Assembly (NCBI GenBank): GCA_965235115.1
Contig: OZ249452.1
Coordinates: 12,834,001-12,898,000, forward strand
DNA length: 64,000 nucleotides
Reading direction: 5' to 3'
Source: Laetmonice hystrix
Lineage: Eukaryota
Shown here: one piece after another, positions 49,801 through 61,800 of the stretch
Position numbering within the stretch: position 1 is the first letter of the stretch
How the letters are laid out: each line of letters starts with the position of its first letter
The notes under the pieces: model-generated
What the model was told of the DNA's origin: nothing
Database searches by the model: none
The model's input: the letters and a program-made list of their open reading frames with translations, nothing else
Translations under genes and position numbers: made by a program

Positions 49801-52800
49801 ATGGTACCAGATCACCTGTAACAAATTCAACACATAAACTTAGAAATCAGTTACCATGGAAATCAAGTAGGCACGATAGGTTATGTATCGTGATGTATCG
49901 TGATGTGTATCGTATCGTGGCACGAGTGTATCGTTTCAGCCCTACTCACTCCTGTACAAGGATCCATCTGGATGATCTTGTAACGGTACATCATCTGTGA
50001 TAACTTAAACCCCACGAAATTTGGTCGAAAGTAAAGATCCATAGCACTGACCCCTAACACCGGTCCCTACACCTCCCAAAAACATATCACTATGCTATCT
50101 CTATCCCTGACCTTAACCCGAACCACTGCCCAAAAGTTTTGTGAGGAAACCCTTTTAACAGACCCGCCAGTCACACTCCTTACACCCAGCTTCAGTAAAG
50201 ACCTGGGCCCGGTTTCTTGGTGGAGCTTGAGCTAAAATTCTTGGCTCAAGCTCAAGGATTTGGAGCTTGAGCCAAGGATTCTCGGCTCAAGCTCAAATTT
50301 GGGTTTCACAGTCATGTCCCAGCTCAAGCTCAAGCTCAACGGCCGTCTGACTGTGAAACCCAAATTTGAGCTTGAACCGAGAATCCTTGGCTCAAGCTCC
50401 AAATCCTTGAGCTTGAGCCAAGAATTTCAGCACAAGCTCCACCAAGAAACCGGGCCCAGACCCTCTGACCAAAGATATTGTTACGTGTAAATATCTTTGC
50501 TCCGACCCCCAGACTGACTCACCTCTGGCTCAGGGTGACAAACAATGATACAGTCCAGCCGAGCGCGGCTTCCCTCCAGAACCTCCTTGTTCTGAAGTTT
50601 CTGTGTGAACTTTGGTTTGGACGGTTCGTGATCTGTGACGTCAGCCTCACTGGCTGAGAACATTCCGTCGACTGTCAGCAGACACGAGGTACGCGATTCA
50701 CCTCCCATGTTCTTGGCGACAACCGTGTACGATCCCGAATCCTCAGGGTACACTTCATTGATCTCAAGGGCTGTCATGTTAGGCTCAACAATGATCTGAA
50801 AATCACGGAGAAACCATGCTATGTATCTTTTTTTTTAAATGCTATTTTTTCCTCTCATACACCGAACAATCCATGACTAGATGGCACCTATCACTATTTT
50901 TCTAAATTCTCAATATTTCAAGTTATCTTCCCAACAAATCTACATAAGACTATATCTTTTCATCACAGAAATTTCAATTTAATTCAGAGCGAGTTGGGCT
51001 TATTTCCCGTCCTGCTACACGAAGTTGGATCTTTGCCCTTGAACTGACCTTGAAGACAGACGAGGGTAGGATGGGAGCGTCACCCTTCATCCATTGTATC
51101 TGAGGTGGTGGTTCTCCTGTATAGTGAGCCTCCATCCTCACGCACTTCCCTTCAGGAGCCGCCACGTTACACAGCGGCGACTCAAACTGAGGCTTCTTCA
51201 CGGCTGTAACCATGACAACATGGACTCTCAGTGTCAGGTCAATACAGACTGGACTGGGTAAACTCTTACATCATGCCGGTTAGTGAGACAAAGTCATAGC
51301 GATAAACCAACATGGGGGCGAAGATTAAGTTGTACTTTGGGGGGGGGGGGGGGCGCGTAAACGTTTATAAAACGTTTAGAACTGTGCGAAAGGAAAAGAT
51401 CACGTCAGGACAAAGGTGAGATAACACTGGAACCATATAACTCAGTCATTTTTTTTACAATGTGGAACTAAAAGTGATAATATTTGTATTTTGCTAGATA
51501 CATATTATACTTTAATGGTTATTTGCAGAGATTTAAAGATCTGATACAGGAGATATACATGTATGCATGTATGATAAATCCTCCAGAAAGTACTTTATGT
51601 TAGCAGCTCCTCTATGGATAAATTACGTTTATATTACGTTTATAAAGTGCATGTCCCACAGCATAAGCCACCTCCAGCGGAGCCCAATGTATACGTATAC
51701 AACAATCACCGGTACTATATGAGGCACCCATATGGCAATGGAGGAAAGTGTACAGGACACTCACTATCAACAAGCATGGCCCATGCATCGGTCAACATGC
51801 ATACACAAAATAAAGGAAACACTGAACGGATTTGTTTAAAAAAAGTGAATTCCCTTATGTTACTCATCTCAATGACCAGCCATATCTAGATATCAAAACT
51901 GGAAATACGAGAAAAGTACCAAATCAAAAAGAAACATTCTTATGCATGAGTGAACTAAGAGTGATATTTTCCGAAATGTCGTCTGCTCAGTGTTTCCTCT
52001 AAGTAACACTAGAGGGCTCTGCTTACTGATGACATTGAGGCGGGCCTGAGTGAGCGCCTCCCCGCCATTGTTCGTAGCCTTGCACATGTACCGTCCACCA
52101 TGGTCCTTGGTACACTTCCTAATTTTCAGTCCACACGTACTGTTGATTTTGGTGATTATGTAATCTGACGAGTTATCTAAGTTCTGATCGTCCTTGAACC
52201 AGGAGATGTCAGGTGACGGCATACCGATCACGTGACACTCAAACATGAACTGTGTGCCCTCCGGGACGTCCTGTGACTTGAGGTGTTTCGAGAAGTCAGG
52301 CGGGATTATTTTCTGGTGTGTTTCTGTTGTATGGTGCAGGAAGATATTAAACCAGTGTGTCAGATAAGACAGGACCAGTGCTTCCGTGGCGAGAAATGGT
52401 GAGGTCTACCCTTGCAGCTGCTGTCTTACGTTTCTTTCTCAATTATTTTACCATTTCTTTCCAGCCAACTTCCGTTTGGTCACAGTAAAACTATTCTACT
52501 TTATAAGTCATTCAGGAGTTTAACATATGTAAATTTACATACTCTCTACTTATTAGGCCCTATAAACGTATATACAGTCTGAAAGAGCAGCTACAACTGT
52601 AGACAAAGCTTAATAAAATTGATATAAAAAGTAAAGAATTTATCTTGTAAATAAGATTATGTACAAGCCTACCTCCACCTCCCCAATCAGTAATGGGCAA
52701 TAAATACTGTCACTCTCCATTCTCACCACAATATCAGTGAATAGTGATTAAAGTACCGTGCTGCATCTTCCACCTGGTGTCTATATCCTGAACTAATATT

Positions 52801-55800
52801 TACAAGCAAGGCGGTGAACTGTACAATATGTTACACAGTTACAGCAACCATTTTGGGCGTTCCCCTTGGTAACATTCCCGCGAAATTGGGGTTAGAGGTC
52901 AAGGTTAGGGTATGGAAGTAAGGAAAAGTGTTTTGGTGAGATCTGGGAACCGGGACTAGGGGGTTGGGTCGGGTTTTAGGGCTTGGAATAGTGAGAGATT
53001 TTTTTACTTCTTGTCTCAGATTTTGTGGATGAGTTACCATGGGGATTTCCCTCCCGTGATTTTGCTAACACCAACCACCAAAAGAAACAAATCGACTTTT
53101 CCCGTACCTCTCACTCTGAGTGTGGCTGAGGTTTCCGCTGAGCCCGCTTCAGTCGTGGCGCGGCACGTGTATTTGGCCGTGTCCTCGCTGAATGTCTCCT
53201 CGATGGTCATCTTAGCGAAACCGTCCTTGAACTCTGTCTGGTAGTCAGCTGAGGTCAACGGAAGGTCATCCTTGAACCACTCTATCTTGGGTGTCGTCGA
53301 ACACTCTAACTTACACTCAAACGTGAATCTGTCAGAAAACAAAGCAGGGATTTAGCGACGTAAAGTTACAGGAAATGCAAAACACTGATTTCGTCTTTGA
53401 TAATAAACAAATTTATTAATTGTAATCTATCTCATGGAGTCATAAAGTAATTGATCTCTGACTTTTACCGCTTTTCAGCAGTAAATGAAAAAAAAATCAA
53501 ATAAATAAAATAATTTCTCTTATAATGCTTCCGGATTTTTGTAACTAGACCTATGTTCTGCAAGAGACATGCATTATCAAAGACATCATTTACTCCGTCT
53601 CTCACCGGCGACCGTTGTCTACATTATTTTGTTAACCTATTAGTTTTTAGTTCAAGGAGACAACAGAGGATGCGGTCCTCTGTAAGTGAGGACTTACTTC
53701 TGTCCCTCAGTGATCTCCGCGTTACTGAGTGGCTCGACGAACCGTGTGATGAGTGGCGCCTTGGGCTGCTCCACAACATTTGTCATCTCAGCCAAGATTT
53801 GCTACAAGATCAAACCAAAAATCTTCATGACAATACATTCAAACAAGTACGGGTTTCCTAATTTGCAATAAATAAGAAAGCAGCGAATGCAGAAACTCGT
53901 AAGGTTCCCAATTTGTTCATGTCCTTGCATTCATTGAAGAACGATGTATAAAAAATAACGTAAAGAACAGATGGCGCCAGTGTTTAACTGTTAACTATGC
54001 TGTTCCAAAAACCACAAATAAATGACTCCCCTGAATTTGTACTTCAGAGCAATTAACATCTCGGGAAGACTTGCCTGAATTTGGCGCTAGCATTCCAAGG
54101 TCCTATATCTACTCTCTACCTTATTGTTCAGAACTCGACAAACCCTGGTGTTACGGGACGAGAGCGCCCTCTGGTGAATAATATGGAAATCATGAGTAAC
54201 TGACGCCTCCTTACCTCTTTCTTCAGCAGGTTGTCTCTGAGGATTGCGAGCTCTTCAATGGCTTTGATGAAGGAGTCCAGAATCGACTGGTTCTTATCGA
54301 CCATGTGCTGCATCTTAGCGGGTCCTTGCACAGGGCCTGCAAGGTCAAAGGTTAAAGGTCAGCAGAATGACCCGCATACTTTTTTTTACCGGTACGCATT
54401 ACTAATACCCATCCAACCGCATTTTATTAGCAAAACGTTCATTATAAAATTCATTAACACCCCTTTCCCACACAGAAACACACAAAATAAAAGATGCATT
54501 TTTTAAAATTTTAACAATCTGTATTTGCTCCTACCATAGAGTACGGAAGCAATCTTCTCCATGAATGCCAGCCGACCATCCTGACTATTGGCGCCGTCCA
54601 CACGGAATGCATCCAACTGTTTGATCAGGTCGGTGGCGTCCTGGGACGTCTTACACTCTGTGGCCTTACGACCCGTTTGTAACAAGAAGGTACTCGCATC
54701 CTTGATCCAATCTTCACACTATGAAAAATAGAGAAAGTTATGAATGTAAAATTAACCTGAAAACGGCCAATATTCACAAGATTCGTCCAAAAAAAATATT
54801 AGGCTAAAGACTTTATCTTTGGAATATCTGTTATTCCAAAATAATCAAGACAGATATTTGACTACAAGTTTCTCGATTATCCGACCCCCCCCCCCCCCAA
54901 ATAAAATGGAAATCATCCTCTTAAAATATTTGAAAAGAGCACTTTGAGGCATCCTCTTAAAATATTTGAAAGAGGGCAGATTAATAGTCCCAGTGCATGT
55001 CCTATGTTTTGTTAGGCCAACCATCGACCTGACTTACATTGTCCATGACCTCGAAGAACTTTGTAGACCGGTTGAGAGCCTCTCTGTACTCTCCGATCAG
55101 TTGGTAGAACGCCTGCCATTTTTTCTGAGCTGTGTCTACCTCGTGTCGGATACGGCGCGAGTCGTAGTGGTTCACTCGGATCATCGCCTCCGCCGTCGAT
55201 ACAAAGTTGTTTACCTGGACAAGTTACAACAAACATAATATCTCAATCAGATCGTATTCAATCACATTGGCAGATATATCAAGGTCTGCTCAGTAAAGAG
55301 CTAGGAGTTATTTTTCAGAGGTATCTCTCATTGCAATGACTCCAAAATGAAGACATGGACTGTTAGGTTAGATAAGGCCTTAGATGATATAAAAAACATC
55401 AAATGTCTACCCACAGAAATGGAGAAATCTAATGAAATTCAATATTTCAGTTGCCTGTTGTCGCCATGAAGTGAAAGTCTCATGGCTGGTTGTTGACCTG
55501 GCATTGACTTGGACAGCCAAAGATATGATTGTTTTTCTTACCTTCTTCTCTATAGCGCTAGCGTTGCTCTCAAACTGAGCAAAGGCCTGTGACGTCATCT
55601 TGACAGAAGACAATGAGCTTCCGTAGTTTCCATGCCGATTCTGCAGCTGTAGGTGTAGTTCATCTAACTCGTTGTGGAGCTGGAACCGGGACAAATAATA
55701 CCGGGTCAGATATTGTTGGCTTCTATCTATAACTATCTAGAATAACTCCACTAAATTCCTACAGTGGACTTCTGTGGGTTAGGAGTTGGGTCAATCATGG

Positions 55801-58800
55801 TGAGAGGCACAAATATGAGCCATCCTTTAACCACTTTAACTGCTTCCAAGAGTCCTCCTTTAAACAACTGAACTGTTTTCGAGTCCTTCTTTAAATAATT
55901 GAACTGTTTCCGAGAGTCCTCCTTTAAATAAATTAACTGTTTCTGAGAGTCCGCCTTTAAATACCATAACTGTTTCCGAGTAGGGCAATTGTAACGTTAC
56001 GAATATCCTGCCCTACTTTAGCTCATAAAGTGGTTACATAAAATAAAATAAAATAAAGTTCTATGAAATCAATTTTTAGTTAATGATGTTAACAGGCACC
56101 TTGGCCACAAGATGTCTTCATTGTCTTACCTGTCTCAAGTCAAAGTAGAACTGGCAGACTTGTAGGTTCTGCTCGAGCCTGGCCCGTTGTTCGTCCCACG
56201 CCTGGTCCCACTGTCGTCTCCGTTCTTCTGTCATCTGAAGCACCTTCTGTACTTCATCTTTGGCGATCGCCTCCGAGTCCTGAAACACAAAGTATAAATT
56301 ATGTTTACTTCAATATATTGTCATCTACTGGCTATAGGAAAGCATATACCTATCAAGTACGTGTAAATGGGGCATTTTTATTCAACTAAAATGAAATGTT
56401 CACTGTCTACGAACTCAGTTAAAATCAGGAAGCCAGATATTGATAGGGAGAAACGCCCTATACTATAACTTTTTTTTACTGACTTCCAAAAAAACCCAGA
56501 AAATCTCAAAGGTTGAAAAGGATCCCATATCCCCCGCCAGAGGGCAGGACCTGCCCGCGTCCCCCCCCCCCCCCCCCCCACCTTCGCGTTCCTCACCTGT
56601 TGTCGGACCCGCACCACGATCTGTTCACCTTCCTCCGAGCTGAAGTTAATGAGTTCCTTCACTTTGTCTCGGTTTGACTCGTGTTCTCGGAGCATTACCT
56701 CTGCTTTCGTTAGTTCTTTAGGCAGCTCGGTGGCTGCGAAGTCTTGTTCTGTATTCTCAATCAGCTTGTCCAGCTAACAGATAAATATGTGAGGAAATGT
56801 TTAGAAAACATCCATGTTAAGTTTGATTGAGGTATTGGTAAGCGTGTCTTCCCTGATAAAAAGTTTTCAAAATGGCTATTTTAAATAATGATTTCCTACC
56901 AATAAATAGTTGAATATTTTTCTACATATTGTTACACTGATTTCTGGTAGCCACGTATGTTTGCTTTACCTGGTTGAGGTTTTTGAAGAACTTGATTGTC
57001 ATATTAAGTAGTACTGAGTATTCTGTTATCCTTGCTTGGAAGCGAGTGTGAACTTTAAGTAGCTCATTTACGATCTGTTCCTTCTGCCCTCTGGTGTCAC
57101 CTTTCAGAGACAGCATCTCCGCTGTCTTTAGGTGAGTCTCGATCTCCTCTTGCGCTTTCTGAAAACGGAAATGTTTTAAAACTAAGTTCATAATCAGTTC
57201 AAACGGTCATTGATGTTTTCTTACCTTTTTTTCTCTTCTTTCATTTCTTTTAATCACTAATGGTAATGATAATGTCATTACTCTGACTGGACGAAGAAAC
57301 ATTCAGGTTTTGACAAACGGGAATTCGTTGAACAGGAAACATTCACAACATGAGATCATTCCAGATTCACGGTGCAGTCATACCAACACAGATAGAAGTA
57401 AGGGCGGAGAGTTTTTATACTGATATCTTCTTTTCCAAGTCCCTGGGGGCGAAATTCTGTTTCAGATTTTAATCCCTAAAGAAACTTAAATCTGTTCTGG
57501 TAAAATAAATGGATGATAAGATCTTCAAACCTGGTTCTTTTACTTTCCCAAACTGGTACTTTCGCTGAAGTCATACTTTTCCAATCTGGTACTTTTACTG
57601 AAGTCATTCTTTCCAAACTGGTACTTTTCTCTTTTTCCCCTCAATTTCCATTCATATTTTTTTCTATCATTAATGTATCTAACTCTAAGACTGAAACAGA
57701 ATTTTGAATCTACAAGAGCTCCAACTACAAGCCTAACATACACGCTACTACTGGACAATACCACCACCAAGTGCTCCATCCTCAACTAAGACAGATAGTC
57801 ACACACAGACAAAGCTCAGATATCATATATCAACGGATCTTCTAGCCTCTATCACATGCTGACTTCAAGATGACTCCCTGATTGACAGTTGATCATGCTA
57901 GGTGATCTCCCCACCCTACCCACCTAAAGATATTTGCATTTTCTTGAGGTCATGAGTTTCAACAGGACCCATCTAACAGTAACTGCGCTACGCTACAACG
58001 AAAGACAGTCTTAGTTCTCAAATACGACACTAGGTGGCTAGGAGATTTCCGTTTCAGAGATTTCGGAACCGAATTCACCTAACTTTACACTGACCCACTG
58101 GGGAGTCCAATACAGGATATAAGATTTTTCGAGAACCCCGATTTTTTTGGAGGGGGGGGGGGATTTTTTAATTATTCGGAGAAGGGACTTGTTACTGAAA
58201 GATAATGAGATCCGCGTATGAAAAAATCGTTCACTTTGCACACAAACATATACGTATATAACACTTTTCAAAGGCACTTTTCCTTCATAATTTTATCTGA
58301 CGATGGATTCAATGAAAGTTTTTCCACCCAACTCAACCTTTACTCTACTGACAGAGATGTATTTAATATTAAGTTTTTTAGTTCGTGACAGCATGCAAAC
58401 ACCAACCAACATGTTATGACCCTTACTGTAACACCACTGAGTTAATTATAACCAATGCGTAAGTAAAAAATTAGTACAGGCGGATCCAGGGGTATCAGGG
58501 GGCTCAGCCCCCCCCCCCCCCAATCAATCTATCTTCGTTCCTCATTGATCTTTCTGACTTGACCAAGTTGAGCCCCCCCCCCCTCCCCCGTCCTCCACAA
58601 TCCTGGATCCACCAGTGACAAGCACAAATTTTACCATGCAGTAAAGCATTAGATCCCTTGCTAATCCCTCGGAGCTGACCATGCTAAATTCCTTGATTTA
58701 AATCTTTATATTTTACCTTTGAGGTGGGACCGAATTCGTCCAGTTTTTTCTGCAATGATTTCGTCTCCTCTACGGTCTTACCGAGGTGGCCAGATATGTA

Positions 58801-61800
58801 CGGTACAAAGAGATCTTTCTCTACCAATCTGACCCAGTCGATGGTCTACAAACAATCACACAGTAACCCAGCCTTCTATTATAGTCAGTTACAGCAATCA
58901 AACACAACATCGCCATTAGTGCTGAGGGAAGGAAAGATATGTGCAGACACCCTTATCACCTAGCTCAGTTTAAAAATAAAAAAAAGTTAAAAATGATCTC
59001 CATGGTTGTTTGTCTTGGGGAAACACTCGTAATTTCATCCACTTATTCCAAATGTTTAAAAAGAAAAATGTTTATTTGATATTTTTAGATAATTAGTCCA
59101 CGAAAAGAAAATTGGGTATCTTCACAAGAACTTTCCTTCCGTCCAAGCATGTTGAGCGTGAACATAAACCATAGATCCAGCAAGCACCAAGGTGTACCTT
59201 GACGGTCGGTCTAAAGTCGTCAAGCCGTTTCTGATAGTGTTTAACAGATTCCATTGACGACCCCAACTCGCCCGCAATCATGGGGAAAAACTTGTCCTCA
59301 ACACTCATCACCCAATCAATGGTCTGCGGATATAAAACAGCACTTCTGATTGGCTTACGGACTCTGGACGTCGGAAAGCATTCCAATAGGAGAAAAAGAG
59401 GATTATGGATATATTATAAACGTCTCTTGTTCTTTGAGTAATGCAAGACCTCAGAACAGAACACTTCTATTTTTATTTTTTTGGGATAATTTCCGCTATT
59501 CTGATCTACTGGAACTCATGCATTTTTTCCACCAAATATATTTCGCCAAACTGGGTGAGATGAGGAAAGGGTTGCCCACAGACATGCGAGCAGATGGTGC
59601 CTGTCTGGAAATTATTCAAAGAACAAGATTTTGAAGTGCTCTATCTTCTCGAGTTTACCACAAATACTTTTTGTACAAATAAATATTTAATAAAATAATT
59701 TCATAATGACATTAAAATTCACACCATTACAGTCCATTTTTACAGCTATGGTCTGCAACAAATTCAACTGCAACTGAAATTAGACATTCTTATAAAAATA
59801 CATTAGACAGATTATTAATACCACAAATCAAACTTTTGTTCCCTACATTCAGATGGAAAAAGAATCCACCAAAGCTCTCGGCTTGCTTAAGTAGAAAGAC
59901 AGAACATAGTGTAGCCAACTCCACTTGATGACAAAGCTATTACCGGTACTTATCTTACATACCAATTAAGACACGCTAAAAGTAAACATTTTTATTTTCG
60001 GATACTGATTTAAAGACCAAAGAAATCTCAAAGCATGTTATAACAATAAAAAAAATCATTTTACTAAAATTATGTATTTTTCTTGGCAGTTGTAATCTTG
60101 AACGTTGACATCAGATGGCAGGTAAATCATGTTTAGTGTGTGGTCCTACCTTACGAGCGTCCTGGACGAACTGGTGCCACTGGACTTTGAACTCCTTGCC
60201 GGTGTTAATGTGAACCTTCCAGTGGGTGTAGTACTCAGTCACCAAGAACTTACGTTCTGTGAACTGACTGATGATCATTTCTACCACCGTCACAGCGCGA
60301 CGTGTGTCTAACTTCTCATCATTTTTAACCTAACAATAAAAGATGGTAAATGTTGGGTAAAGATCTGGTCAGTTATTAAATTATATCATATCCTATTATG
60401 TATGTGATATACAGAGTAATTCACAAGTAGATTAACAGTTGAATTCTTTTTTTCTGAAGGGCAAAAAATGGTAAATTTAGATTTACTCAATTAAAATGAA
60501 AATCATATAAATTAAATTTAGCTTATGTTAACTGTAAAATCTCTAATATAAATACTGCAGTCCCCGATGAGACATTAAAATTTAACTGTGGAGTTTAGGT
60601 TTAGCCAGTTTATAATTCCGATCCTCGCCACCAGTTGAGCGTACGATCACTTCCCCTGACAGACTGCCCCCTAGTGGCGACGTCACTAAACTACTCACGT
60701 CCTTTGCTTCCTTTATAAACGTTTTTCCATGACCTTCGACCTCTGAGTACATCTGGTTCATTGTGTTATATTTCTCCTCCTTGTGAGCGACGGACGCGTC
60801 TGTTACCTCAGCTGGATCGAGTTTCTCGATCTTCAGATATTGCTCCAGAGCGTCCATCTTTATGGCAAGCTGAATGGGCAGAAAATCACAATCAGTACTT
60901 TCACTGTATATCATCATTTCTGTAATAACAAAGATGCCAAATATAAATCTTGCTGATCACTTTTTCAGTTAAATTTGTATGAGGCACACCACACCTGAAT
61001 CGACTTAGACGTTTAGGCAATATTTATTTGAGAAGATTCTACCGTAGGTTCTGAAAGTCTAAGCGACCTTTGCTACCTTCAACTGACTCTGTATTTTTTT
61101 CTGGTTTCACTTGTTACAGCACTACTGATCCACCATCCAAACAAAGGATCAAATGACCAGAATCAGAATCAGAGAATGTCAAACTTACTTGTTGCGCTTT
61201 TTTATGAAAAGAGACATAGGAGAGTGCTAGTTTGATACGCATCTCTACGACAGCTAGCAGTGCGTCCCATTGCTGCTGTAGAGACTTGACCTTGTCCAAG
61301 GCCGCCGCCCCTTCCTGGTCCCCTGACTTCACCAGGGTGACGGCTGCCTGTTTCAAGGACTGCATATCTCCACTCTTTGCCTGAAACCATGACGACAAGG
61401 TTACTATGGTAACACACTAACGACATGGAGATAACTTGAGGGAAACAAGTTGACTATTTATTACTTCATTACTCGTGAATATCCCATAGCAGGGGCTGAT
61501 CCATTTATTTCATAAATAGGGCGTTCAGCCATTGTAAAAACAGATTCGATCTTGTATGCATCATTGTCTAACCACATTTATTATTCAAAGTACCCCAGTA
61601 GATTTTGGAACAGAATCAAAAACAAAATCAGGCAAATTGTGCAGAACAAATAATGACTAATCATTTCTGACTCTCTCTCCCCCTAAAAAAAACCCCAAGG
61701 GTTAAAACCCTTGACCCTCTGCCCACTGAACTTGCTACAACCACCCCTATCCGTATCCGTGATTCCGTATATTGCCGTAAGGTGGCAGCAGGGGTACTAA

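Noticed and set aside
57742-57785. 44-nt segment with tcttag acceptor and GTATGT donor downstream of the MXE pair
   Set aside because: Phase 0-2 is incompatible with the flanking phase-0 exons and it has no similarity to exons A or B; at most a poison exon.
59520-59760. Possible third paralog of the mutually exclusive exon (tgttgcag|ACC ATA)
   Set aside because: Similarity stops after two codons and the frame hits a stop.
5684-61413. RFX X-box-like palindromes (GTTGCCATGGCAAC at 35206; variants at 5684, 41867, 61400)
   Set aside because: Scattered with no link to a supported TSS; such motifs are common in marine invertebrate introns, so they are not interpretable alone.
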